Assembly (NCBI GenBank): GCA_023139105.1
Contig: JAGLOF010000023.1
Coordinates: 2,446-66,445, forward strand
Length of the DNA stretch: 64,000 nucleotides
Direction of reading: 5' to 3'
Source of the DNA: a bacterium
Lineage (GTDB): Bacteria > Zhuqueibacterota > QNDG01 > JAGLOF01
A model generated the notes under the pieces. The model had not been told where the DNA came from, ran no database searches, and saw nothing but the letters and a program-made list of their open reading frames with translations. The translations under genes were made by a program, and so were the position numbers. Positions 30,078 through 38,887 of the stretch are shown piece after piece (within the stretch, counting starts at the first letter, position 1; each line of letters opens with the position of its first letter).

Positions 30078-30123
30078 CAAATATTGATTTTTATTGTAAT
30101 CAAATTGATTTTTGCAAATATTG
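30078..30123 (-). promoter_or_regulatory. Candidate operator/promoter repeats upstream of clpC
   Basis: CAAATATTG occurs twice (30078-30086 and 30115-30123). ATTGATTTTT occurs twice, 21 bp apart (30083-30092 and 30104-30113). The block lies 36-80 nt upstream of the clpC ATG. Confidence 0.25.
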
Positions 30124-30180
30124 AGCCATGAATTTATTCAAATGAATATTTTGAAATTTCTTTCTACTATTGAACTACGT

Positions 30181-30888
30181 TTATATCAATTCATCATTTT
30201 CACATATCAACCCATCACGGAGAATAATAGATCTGTCCGCCCTATTGGATAGTTTTCGATCATGTGTCACAACTACAAAAGTTGTCTGTTTGTCTCCTAC
30301 AACTTCCCATATTAATTCATGAAGAGCCTGACTGTTTTTTGAATCCAGATTGCCTGAAGGCTCATCAGCAAGGATTAACAACGGATCATTTACCAACGCT
30401 CTTGCAAAAGCAACTCTTTGCTGTTCTCCACCGGAAAGTTCTGAAGGTCTATGGCGAAGCCTCTCTTTCAGCCCGACTTTCAAAAGTAGCGATTCAGCTT
30501 TCGGGTAAAGTGTTTTTTTATTTTCACCGGCAATCAGTCCCGGCATCATCACATTCTCAATTGCATTGAATTCTGGCAATAGATAGTGAAACTGAAAAAT
30601 GAATCCTATAGTTTTATTCCGGAACCTGGCTAATTGTTCCTTGCTCATATCATAAATAGCATCACCATTAATAATAATTTCACCTTCAGATGGTTTATCC
30701 AATGCCCCCATGATGTGAAGCAAAGTACTTTTTCCCGCACCAGAATGGCCAATAACAGCTACAATTTCGCCCTGCATTAATTCAAGATCAATCCCTTTTA
30801 GTACAGTTAAGGATTTATCTTTATCCATCTGATAACGCTTTATTATTTTTTGTGCAGAGAGAAGCACATTTATTTTTTTATTGGTCAA
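30181..30888 (-). CDS. lolD: Lipoprotein-releasing ABC transporter ATP-binding protein
   Basis: [12 protein letters not shown] (Walker A), [15 protein letters not shown] (ABC signature) and [12 protein letters not shown] (Walker B), next to a LolC/E permease. Confidence 0.88.
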   Translation of the reverse strand: MTNKKINVLLSAQKIIKRYQMDKDKSLTVLKGIDLELMQGEIVAVIGHSGAGKSTLLHIMGALDKPSEGEIIINGDAIYDMSKEQLARFRNKTIGFIFQFHYLLPEFNAIENVMMPGLIAGENKKTLYPKAESLLLKVGLKERLRHRPSELSGGEQQRVAFARALVNDPLLILADEPSGNLDSKNSQALHELIWEVVGDKQTTFVVVTHDRKLSNRADRSIILRDGLICENDELI

Positions 30889-30897
30889 CGCTTTCTC

Positions 30898-32151
30898 CTA
30901 TTCATAGCGAATGGCTTCTACAGGGTCTAACTTTGCCGCACGTCTGGCAGGATAGATAGACGATATCAGGCATATAGTTATTGATGCCACTCCTATAGCG
31001 ATAAAATCAAATAACTGCATTTTTACGGGTAATGCCGATATAAAATAAACATCACCGGGAAGAGATATAAGTCCAAATTTTATCTGGGCCCAGCACAGAC
31101 TGAATCCGATAAGAAAACCGATAATTGTACCAACTACACCAACTACAATTCCTTCATAAAGAAAAATATTGGTTATAGAACGGTCTGATGCACCCATTGA
31201 TTTGAATATACCAATTTCCTTTGTCTTTTCCATAACAACCATGATCAAGGTGCTGATTATATTAAATGCTGCAACCAATATTATCAAGCTGAGAATGACA
31301 AATGCGGCCCAACGCTCCATCTGCATCCATGAATAAAGTGTTTTCCTCATTTCAAACCATGTTTTTGGATTGAAACGATAATCAAGGCGATCTTTTATCT
31401 GATCCCTGACAGTTGAAGCTCTGTTGAGATTATCCAATTTCACTTCAACACCATGGACAGTATCGCCCATTTTATAGAGATCTTGTGCAGATTTAATCGA
31501 TATATAAAGATAATTATCATCAAATTCAAAGAAACCTGTCTCAAAAATACCAGTGACAACAAATTGTTTCATCGGAGCTATGTGATTGACCATAGAAACA
31601 CCAGCAATATTAACAAGTAATACTTTTTGCCCGATATTTATCCGCATCCTGTCTGCTAAATATGAACCTATAACCATGCCCGGATATGTTTTTCCATCTG
31701 CTGTTGCAATATTGTAAAAATTCAGATCACCTTCAATAAGATTACCCACCAGGTCGGATACATCCTGAATACTCTCAGGATCAGTTCCGCGTACAATTAC
31801 GCCTGACATATCCTTATTACTACCGCCCAGGGAGCGCAGCATAGCCTTTTCCGCTATATACGGCGATGATGCTACAATATGGGGAATATCTGCAATTTTC
31901 TGTTGAATTTCTCTGTAATTTTCAACAGGTTGCATGTAGAATTTTCTTATTTTAATATGGGTATCAATACCTATGATGCGTTCCCTGACTTCAGTTTCAA
32001 ATCCATTCATCACTGATAGTACAATTATCAAGGCTGTTACACCAATTGCAACTCCCATAATGGAGATATAGGTGATAATATTAATAAAGCCGCTTTTTCG
32101 ATGTGCCCTCAAATATCTTCCGGCAACAATAAATTCAAAAGGAATTTTCAA
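30898..32151 (-). CDS. lolC: Lipoprotein-releasing system permease LolC/LolE (MacB/FtsX-like)
   Basis: 417 aa with TM1, a large periplasmic domain and three C-terminal TMs. The C-terminus PARRAAKLDPVEAIRYE is typical of the family. Confidence 0.85.
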   Translation of the reverse strand: MKIPFEFIVAGRYLRAHRKSGFINIITYISIMGVAIGVTALIIVLSVMNGFETEVRERIIGIDTHIKIRKFYMQPVENYREIQQKIADIPHIVASSPYIAEKAMLRSLGGSNKDMSGVIVRGTDPESIQDVSDLVGNLIEGDLNFYNIATADGKTYPGMVIGSYLADRMRINIGQKVLLVNIAGVSMVNHIAPMKQFVVTGIFETGFFEFDDNYLYISIKSAQDLYKMGDTVHGVEVKLDNLNRASTVRDQIKDRLDYRFNPKTWFEMRKTLYSWMQMERWAAFVILSLIILVAAFNIISTLIMVVMEKTKEIGIFKSMGASDRSITNIFLYEGIVVGVVGTIIGFLIGFSLCWAQIKFGLISLPGDVYFISALPVKMQLFDFIAIGVASITICLISSIYPARRAAKLDPVEAIRYE

Positions 32152-33659
32152 TTGTTCTCCTTATTTCTTTCAGGACGCATCTGTGGGAATAGTATTACAT
32201 CACGGATCGATTGTGAATTAGTCAAAATCATAGATAATCTGTCAATTCCCATTCCAAGTCCAGCTGTCGGAGGCATGCCGTATTCCATTGAACGCAGATA
32301 GTCTTCATCTACAACCATGGCTTCTTCATCGCCTTGCGCTTTGAGTTTGGCCTGATTTTCAAACCTCTCCCGCTGATCAACAGGATCGTTTAATTCACTG
32401 AATGAATTACATAGTTCCATTCTGGCAACAAAACCTTCAAAACGCTCGGTTAAACCTGCATGCTTGCGGTGCTTCTTTGCAAGCGGTGAAAGTTCAATGG
32501 GGAAATCTGTTATAAATGTTGGTTGAATTAATGTAGGTTCAACAAATTCACTGAAAATCTGATCTAAGAGATTTCCGAGGCCCTTCACATCGTCAACATT
32601 CAGTTTCAATGAGCGGGCAATTGCCCTGACTTCATCCTCTGATTTGCCTGAAAGATCATATTTTGTGGCTTCTTCAATTGCTTTAAGGTAAGGTTTACGA
32701 GGCCACGGTGGTGTAAAATCCAGCATATCATCTCCAAATGGCAGCAGCATGGAACCCATTACCTCTTGACACAGGTTTGATGTCATCTGTTCCACAAGGT
32801 CCATCATGAAGGTATAATCCTCAAATGCAACATAGAGTTCCATCATAGTAAATTCAGGATTATGGTCTTTATCCATACCCTCATTACGAAAATCCTTGGC
32901 AATTTCAAAGACCCCGTCAAAACCACCTACAACAAGGCGCTTGAGATAAAGTTCATCTGCAATTCGCAGGTACAATGACATATCCAAGGTATTGTGATGT
33001 GTGACAAATGGCCTTGCAAGAGCACCGCCGTAAACCGGTTGAAGAACAGGAGTTTCAACTTCAATATAACCTCTGCCTTCAAGATAGCGGCGCATAGCGG
33101 ATATTATATGTGATCTTTTCAGAAAAATCTGCTTTACTTCAGGATTCACAACCAGATCTATATAACGTTGGCGATAACGGGTCTCCTTATCGGCAAATGC
33201 GTCATAGACTAGCTTTTCATCACCTTCAAGCTTTTCTTTAACTATGGGTAACGGACGCAATGTTTTTGCCAGCATTTCAACATGTTGGGCTTGAACTGTA
33301 ATTTCACCTGTGCGTGTGCGAAATAGTCTTCCCTTAATGCCAACAAAATCTCCAAGATCTGTCAGCTTGAACATGGAATAAGCCTCTTCCCCAACTATAT
33401 CTTTTTTAATATAAATCTGAATCCGGCCGGTGGAGTCCATCAAATGTACAAAAGCAGCTTTACCCATACGACGAATTGCCATTAAGCGGCCAGCAAGTGA
33501 AACTTCAGCAGTTTCATCACCTGTCTTTTCAAATTCTTTGATTGTATCGTCTGCAAAATGTGTTCTGTCAAATGAATAAGCATAGGGATTAATGCCCATA
33601 TCTATTAACTTATCCATTTTTTCACGCCGTTGTCTCTGTAGATCATTTAATGAGTCCAA
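32148..33659 (-). CDS. lysS: Lysine--tRNA ligase (class II)
   Basis: OB-fold N-domain and class II motifs (FRNEGMDKDHNPEFTMMELY; GLGMGIDRLSMIL). The prfB-lysS order matches the classic operon. Confidence 0.95.
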   Translation of the reverse strand: MDSLNDLQRQRREKMDKLIDMGINPYAYSFDRTHFADDTIKEFEKTGDETAEVSLAGRLMAIRRMGKAAFVHLMDSTGRIQIYIKKDIVGEEAYSMFKLTDLGDFVGIKGRLFRTRTGEITVQAQHVEMLAKTLRPLPIVKEKLEGDEKLVYDAFADKETRYRQRYIDLVVNPEVKQIFLKRSHIISAMRRYLEGRGYIEVETPVLQPVYGGALARPFVTHHNTLDMSLYLRIADELYLKRLVVGGFDGVFEIAKDFRNEGMDKDHNPEFTMMELYVAFEDYTFMMDLVEQMTSNLCQEVMGSMLLPFGDDMLDFTPPWPRKPYLKAIEEATKYDLSGKSEDEVRAIARSLKLNVDDVKGLGNLLDQIFSEFVEPTLIQPTFITDFPIELSPLAKKHRKHAGLTERFEGFVARMELCNSFSELNDPVDQRERFENQAKLKAQGDEEAMVVDEDYLRSMEYGMPPTAGLGMGIDRLSMILTNSQSIRDVILFPQMRPERNKENN

Positions 33660-33677
33660 CTGAAACTCCTTATAGTA

Positions 33678-34776
33678 CTAATCATTAAATTCCAATAGAT
33701 ATGCTTTTATAAAGGTAGAGAGATTACCATCCATAACATCCTGGACATTTGAAGTCTCTACTGAAGTACGGTGATCTTTAACCATGTTATATGGATGGAA
33801 TACATATGAACGGATTTGACTGCCCCATGAAATCTCTTTCTTTTTCTTTTCTATGGCTTCCATCTTTTTGGCATCTTCTTCTTTTTGCTTTTGATAAAGA
33901 CGTGCCATTAACATTTTCATGGCATTTGCTTTATTTTGAAATTGTGATCGTTCATTTTGACATTGAACAACAATATTTGTAGGGATATGTGTGATTCTAA
34001 CTGCCGAACTGGTTTTATTAACGTGCTGTCCACCGGCACCTGAGGCGCGATATGTATCAATACGTAAATCGGAGGGATTAATTTCAATTTCAATATCGTC
34101 GTCAACTTCCGGATATACAAAAACTGAAGCAAATGAAGTATGTCGGCGTTTATTGGCATCAAATGGTGATATTCTAACAAGACGGTGAACTCCTGCCTCG
34201 GCTTTCAGATAACCAAAAGCATATTTTCCGTTCACTTCAATGGTCGCACTTTTTATCCCAGCTTCATCACCCGTTTGCTGATCCATAATTTGAACATCAA
34301 ATCCGGAACGCTGTGCATATCTAAGATACATCCTGAATAACATCTCAGCCCAATCCTGAGACTCTGTTCCACCAGCTCCGGGATGTATAGTGACAAGTGC
34401 ACTCTTTGCATCATCTACACCACCCAGCATCCGCATCAACTCAAGCGATTCAAGGTCTTCTTTTATAGTAGCAAGATCTTTCAGCAGATCATTTAAAGTT
34501 GATTCTTCTCCCTCATCCTGAGCCATATCTGCCATCATCATAAGTTCTTCAAGCCTGGTATAAAGAGAATCCCATCTGTCGGTCCAATCCTTTAGCTCTT
34601 TTATTTTTTTAAGAACAATTTGGGCCTTTTCATTGTCGTTCCAAAAATTGGTATTCGATGTTTCTTTTTCAAGCAAATTTATTCGTTCTTTTTTGGCATC
34701 TACGTCAAAGATGCCTCCGTAGTTTCTCAACACGATCAATACTTTTTTTATGTCCCGATTTTATTATGTCATACAT
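33678..34776 (-). CDS. prfB: Peptide chain release factor 2, with programmed +1 frameshift
   Basis: ATG 34776 opens a 23-codon frame (MYDIIKSGHKKSIDRVEKLRRHL) that ends at an in-frame TGA (34707-34705). The context is GGAGG-CAT-CTT-TGA-C (34718-34704). The +1 frame continues DVDAKKERINLL... into the track ORF, which carries SPF and GGQHVNKTSSAVR. Confidence 0.95.
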
Positions 34777-34817
34777 TATTAACCTCTATCTTTAACCCAA
34801 TAGTACCTTATACTAAC

Positions 34818-34845
34818 AAAAAAAACATTGGCTGTACGGCCAATG
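34818..34845 (-). terminator. Rho-independent terminator of the REC operon (upstream of prfB)
   Basis: Stem CATTGGC/GCCAATG (34826-34832 / 34839-34845) with a 6-nt loop, followed on the minus strand by T8 (34825-34818). Confidence 0.75.
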
Positions 34846-35117
34846 AATATCAGCCCGCATTATTCATGAATTTTTGAAAAAAAGGAAAGTGTGGATTACT
34901 ACCAAGAGCATGCGGGAATGACATGGGAAAAATGTATCAGTCCCGAATGTTTTATCAGGAATCCAGGTAGGATATAAGTTTTATTTTTAATTAAATTATG
35001 CTTACTATCCCACCATTTCATGAATTAACGAGATTTGCTTTAATATGAGGTTAAATGTACTTAAAATTGTTTAAAAAGTCAAGTAATGTACAATGAAAAA
35101 TCCCAATTCTCCAGTGT

Positions 35118-36191
35118 TCAACACGATCCGTCAATATCCAGCATCATTATACCTTGCAAATACTCTTTTTGCACCGGATTGGTAATTTTTGCCAACTTTT
35201 GTGTAATATCTCTTATCCTCAATGCATTATTAACAATAATTCTCAAACGTCTGCGCGTATCTTCATCCTGCATACTATCACTCTGAAGTAAAAACTGTGC
35301 ATTACCTAAAATTGGAACCAATGGATTATTGATAGCATGATTTACAGCAACTGCGGTTTCAACAACAGCGGCTAATCTTTCCGGTTTTGTATCACTACCA
35401 ATATTCTCATCTATATTGGTTTGTGCTTTACAAATACCCAAAACACCCATAACCTGACCTTCACCGTTCTTCATTGTGGAAATAGAAATATTGACGGGTA
35501 TTTCTTCACTCTCTTTTGTTATAATAGATGTTTTGTAATTTTTCATCTTTGTTTTTCGCTGCATGTATGTACTGATACGAAGCATTTCAGATACACCGTC
35601 TTTTAGAAATTCACTAACGCGTGTCCCGATTAAATCTTCAAATTGGATTCCCAAAAGCTCTTCACAAGCCCGATTACAGAAAGTTACATACCCTTTTGTA
35701 TCTGTTGTTACAATAGCATCTACAGAAGATTCGATAACTCTTTCCATAAAATCTCTGGATTCACGTATTGTCTCCCAAAAATGTACTTCTTCCATTTTCA
35801 ACTCATGCGAAACCAATGCATCTTCTATAAAATCCAGAAAATCTCTCTGCCTGAATGGCTTTGTAATACATGCAGAAAAACCCAAACTGTATAAACGTGA
35901 GCGGTCTACATGACCATTTGTAGTTAAAGCAATAAAAGGTATATTCCTGGCTCCATCAATTACCGGACTTATAAGATAGCGCATATACAGCTCTTCACCA
36001 TTGACATCACTTAGATCATAATCAGTAATTACAAGATCGGGAGATTGCTGTTCTATACACTCCAGTGCATCTTCAGCATTTTCACAAAGGTGATATTTAT
36101 ATTGACCGGCAATTAATGCCTGACGCGCTGTCTCTCTGTATTGCGAATCATTATCAACATAGAGAATAAATTTTTTAGTATGAGTATTCAT
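35118..36191 (-). CDS. Receiver-PAS-DHp protein (histidine-kinase dimerisation/phospho-acceptor domain but no ATPase domain)
   Basis: Start taken at ATG 36191, an ATGA overlap with the upstream stop. REC: FILYVDNDS, LVITDYDL, ALTTNG, ITKPF. PAS: VIESSVDAIVTTDTKGYVTFCNRACEELLG. H-box: AVNHAINNPLVPILGNAQFLL. The protein ends about 55 aa later with no N, G1 or G2 boxes. Confidence 0.8.
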   Translation of the reverse strand: MNTHTKKFILYVDNDSQYRETARQALIAGQYKYHLCENAEDALECIEQQSPDLVITDYDLSDVNGEELYMRYLISPVIDGARNIPFIALTTNGHVDRSRLYSLGFSACITKPFRQRDFLDFIEDALVSHELKMEEVHFWETIRESRDFMERVIESSVDAIVTTDTKGYVTFCNRACEELLGIQFEDLIGTRVSEFLKDGVSEMLRISTYMQRKTKMKNYKTSIITKESEEIPVNISISTMKNGEGQVMGVLGICKAQTNIDENIGSDTKPERLAAVVETAVAVNHAINNPLVPILGNAQFLLQSDSMQDEDTRRRLRIIVNNALRIRDITQKLAKITNPVQKEYLQGIMMLDIDGSC

Positions 36192-36559
36192 TGTGCAAGT
36201 CTTTCTGATACCAGATCTCTCAAAGTCCATAAATCCCAGGGTTTGGATAGATATAATGTTCCATCCGTATTGTTTTCACCGATACATCCAAAATCTACAT
36301 CAAGATATCCCGATGTTAATACACGAACTGTATCAGGTGAACGATCACGAATTTCCTCAAGAAGGATATCGCCGGGTGCGTCCGGGAGTTTCAGATCTGA
36401 AAGTACAAAATCAATTGAATGTTTATTGAATACGGTCAATGCTTCGTCTGCGCGTGATGCAGTGTGTAGTTCATAGCCTTCATCTTTAAATAAATCGACT
36501 AATATATCAAGAACGTCGTTCTCATCATCTACAAATAGTAAATTTTTATTTTGATTCAT
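36188..36559 (-). CDS. Single-domain CheY-like response regulator
   Basis: LLFVDDEND, FVLSDLKLPD, VLTSG and LSKPW give the full canonical receiver set. GGAGG lies 6 nt before the ATG. Confidence 0.9.
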   Translation of the reverse strand: MNQNKNLLFVDDENDVLDILVDLFKDEGYELHTASRADEALTVFNKHSIDFVLSDLKLPDAPGDILLEEIRDRSPDTVRVLTSGYLDVDFGCIGENNTDGTLYLSKPWDLWTLRDLVSERLAQ

Positions 36560-36595
36560 CTCTGCCTCCAGAATGATTTCCTATTTCATCCTTCT

Positions 36596-36635
36596 AAAAA
36601 GCAACACGCATGCCAGAGATAATAGCATGCGTGTT
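36596..36635 (-). terminator. Hairpin plus T-run after the sigma-54 activator gene (candidate terminator overlapping a promoter)
   Basis: Perfect 11-bp arms AACACGCATGC/GCATGCGTGTT (36603-36613 / 36625-36635) with an 11-nt loop. On the minus strand this is followed by GC then TTTTT (36600-36596). Confidence 0.5.
36600..36616 (-). promoter_or_regulatory. Sigma-54 (-24/-12) promoter candidate for the CheY-like / REC-PAS-DHp operon
   Basis: The minus strand reads CTGGCATGCGTGTTGCT, against the consensus YTGGCACG-N4-TTGCW, with the exact GG-N10-GC spacing. The GC lies about 42 nt upstream of the ATG at 36559. The site is immediately downstream of a sigma-54 activator gene. Confidence 0.55.
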
Positions 36636-36705
36636 AAAGTTTTGAATTTATTGAATTTAACTAAAATTTGAAGTATTATTTTATGACGGATTCGACTTGA
36701 TTCAG

Positions 36706-36732
36706 GGAATGATTTTCCTGTTTGTGGAATGA
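36706..36732 (-). promoter_or_regulatory. Direct repeat GGAATGA x2 (possible enhancer/UAS for the downstream sigma-54 promoter)
   Basis: GGAATGA occurs at 36706-36712 and at 36726-36732, 20 bp apart. The pair lies 92-118 bp upstream of the -24 element, in the intergenic region. Confidence 0.3.
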
Positions 36733-36748
36733 ATTGCCGGTTGTATAA

Positions 36749-38122
36749 TTATATATCTATTCCTTCTTGGCGGTACTCATTCAGTTTATTACGAAGGGTT
36801 CGTACAGAGATTCCAAGGATATCTGCAGTTTTTGTTCTGTTAGCTCCATTTTCATCTAGTGTACGTAGAATAAGTTGTTTTTCAACTTCCCGTAAAGTAA
36901 TATCACCTTCAGGAATTGACGAGGAATTATTTACTCGCAATCTGGCTTGTGGATGGAAATGATGATTTTCTAAAAATTTTGTTTCAGGTTTACACATCAC
37001 TACTGCACGCTCAACACAATTTTCAATTTCACGTACATTGCCCGGCCAATCCCTATCTGACAGTGCAATCATTGCGTCTTCTGAGACACCTTCAACATTC
37101 TTAATATTTTCATCATTAAATTTTTTAACAAAATGGTTAATTAGAAGAGGAATGTCTTCTCTTCTTTTTGTGATTGGCGGCATATATAAAGGAACAACAT
37201 TTAAACGATAAAAGAGATCTTCCCTGAAACGTCCTTCTCTCACTTCCAGCTCTAGATCACGATTTGTAGTTGCAATAATGCGTACATCCACAGGAGTTAA
37301 ACGGCCTGCACCAACACGTTCAATCTCCCTTTCCTGGAGAACGCGTAATAATTTTGCCTGCATTCCAATAGATATTTCAGATATCTCATCTAACAATAAA
37401 GTTCCCGTGTCGGCTTGTTCAAAGCGTCCTTTGGTAGTTTTAATAGCCCCGGTGAAAGCACCCTTTTCATGACCGAAGAGTTCACTCTCAACAAGGCCTT
37501 CAGGTAAAGCAGCACAATTTGTAGTAATAAAAGGATTATTTTTTCTATTACTGTTATAATGAATTGCCCGGGCAACTAATTCTTTACCGGAACCACTGGC
37601 ACCTTGTATAAGAACAGTTGCTCTACTCTGTGAAACCATGCTGATACTGTCAAATATCTGTTGCATGCTGGAACTGTTACCTACAATATTTTTAAAACTG
37701 AATTTACGATCAAGTTCTTTCCTCAGTCGTTTGTTTTCCACAACCAGGTTTTGAAAATCGAAATATTTTTTAACTACTAATTCAATTTCATCTAAATTGA
37801 AGGGTTTTGTAATATAATCAAAAGCACCTATTTTCATTGCCCTAACAGCATTTTTGATGGAACCAAATGCCGTAATCATAATAATACCCATATCAATGTA
37901 CTTCTCACGAACCTCTTCAAGTACTTCCATTCCACTGATATCGGGAAGTCGTAAATCTGTAATTAGAAGATCAAAATCAGTTCTTTCGAGTTTTAATAGG
38001 GCTTCGCGGCCATTCATTGCAGTATCAACTTCATAACCATCTTTTATAAATGTTTCACTCAGAAGGTCTCTAATCATTTCTTCATCATCAAGAATGAAAA
38101 TTTTCTTAGAAGCAGCAGACAT
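36749..38122 (-). CDS. Sigma-54-dependent response regulator (NtrC/AtoC family enhancer-binding protein)
   Basis: REC (IFILDDEE, LLITDLRLPD, MITAFG, ITKPF). AAA+ domain with GASGSGKELVARAIH and the GAFTGA loop (GHEKGAFTGA). C-terminal Fis-type HTH (NRTKTADILGISVRTLRNKL). Confidence 0.95.
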   Translation of the reverse strand: MSAASKKIFILDDEEMIRDLLSETFIKDGYEVDTAMNGREALLKLERTDFDLLITDLRLPDISGMEVLEEVREKYIDMGIIMITAFGSIKNAVRAMKIGAFDYITKPFNLDEIELVVKKYFDFQNLVVENKRLRKELDRKFSFKNIVGNSSSMQQIFDSISMVSQSRATVLIQGASGSGKELVARAIHYNSNRKNNPFITTNCAALPEGLVESELFGHEKGAFTGAIKTTKGRFEQADTGTLLLDEISEISIGMQAKLLRVLQEREIERVGAGRLTPVDVRIIATTNRDLELEVREGRFREDLFYRLNVVPLYMPPITKRREDIPLLINHFVKKFNDENIKNVEGVSEDAMIALSDRDWPGNVREIENCVERAVVMCKPETKFLENHHFHPQARLRVNNSSSIPEGDITLREVEKQLILRTLDENGANRTKTADILGISVRTLRNKLNEYRQEGIDI

Positions 38123-38832
38123 TAATTGATCCTTTTAAATGTTAATTCATAACTATGTATATCACCCGTCGTCTTCATAATAAATTTTGCATCATGTGCT
38201 TTCATTATTTTGAGAATAACGGATATCGCAAGCCTGGTTTCAACATAATGCATTTGTTCCAGCCATAAATCAATAGATTCGGGCCAAGCCTGCATCAGTT
38301 CATGACAACTAAAAGAGAAAATTACACGAGTCTCTTCTAGATCATTTAGATCCGCTTCTACAGAAATTAATTGGCCACGCATATTTATTATACTTTTCAA
38401 AACATATTCAAATACTCTTTGCAAAGATCTGGGATCAGCTAAAATAGAGATTTGATTTTTATTAAAACATTCTGCAATATTAATATCAAGTTGATGCAAT
38501 TCAGGGATTGGAATTAAATTATTCAAAACTTGTTTAATAAAAATTCCAATTCTCACATTTTCCATTGAAAATTCAGCAGGACGAGCTAGAAGCATTACGG
38601 CAACGGCAACATCATTAACTTTTCTTACACCGTCTTGTACTTTTTCAGCTAGTCTACGTCGGGGATCTTCAGGTTCAAGATCTCGTTCGAGGAGTGCTGC
38701 AAAACCATCAATTCCGCCCATGCCATTTTTTATTTTGTGAATAACATCAACCATCAATTGGTCATTAAACAATGGCAAATCATTATTCCAAACACATTCT
38801 ATATTGGAATTTTGTTTTTTTAATTCTTTCAC
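38122..38832 (-). CDS. Degenerate histidine-kinase-like protein (DHp with conserved His plus a CA-like domain lacking ATP-binding boxes); possible histidine phosphotransferase
   Basis: GTG start at 38832, with GAGGG 6 nt upstream. The H-box-like VIHKIKNGMGGIDGFAALLERDL aligns with sHElrnPLtaIlGfaelL. The N-box position reads LQRVFEYVLKSIINM (the Asn residues are lost). No DxGxG or GxGLG boxes are present. The stop overlaps the activator ATG (TAATG at 38124-38120). Confidence 0.6.
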   Translation of the reverse strand: MKELKKQNSNIECVWNNDLPLFNDQLMVDVIHKIKNGMGGIDGFAALLERDLEPEDPRRRLAEKVQDGVRKVNDVAVAVMLLARPAEFSMENVRIGIFIKQVLNNLIPIPELHQLDINIAECFNKNQISILADPRSLQRVFEYVLKSIINMRGQLISVEADLNDLEETRVIFSFSCHELMQAWPESIDLWLEQMHYVETRLAISVILKIMKAHDAKFIMKTTGDIHSYELTFKRIN

Positions 38833-38871
38833 TCATTACCCTCGAAATAAAAATTATATTAATGGAAATAT

Positions 38872-38887
38872 AGCTTAAATCATGCCA
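38872..38887 (-). promoter_or_regulatory. Weaker sigma-54-like promoter candidate upstream of the pseudo-kinase/activator operon
   Basis: The minus strand reads TGGCATGATTTAAGCT. GG-N10-GC spacing is correct and the -24 half is good, but the -12 half is AAGC instead of TTGC. It lies about 40 nt upstream of the GTG start. Confidence 0.3.

Noticed and set aside
34846-35117. 270-nt untranslated stretch between the REC-PAS-DHp stop and its terminator, with a 7-bp long-range repeat (CCCGCAT 34854-34860 / ATGCGGG 34910-34916) and a duplicated TTCATGAAT; considered as an sRNA
   Set aside because: The stems are short, AT-rich chance matches are likely, and there is no terminator or promoter of its own. 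It is recorded only as an unusually long 3' UTR.
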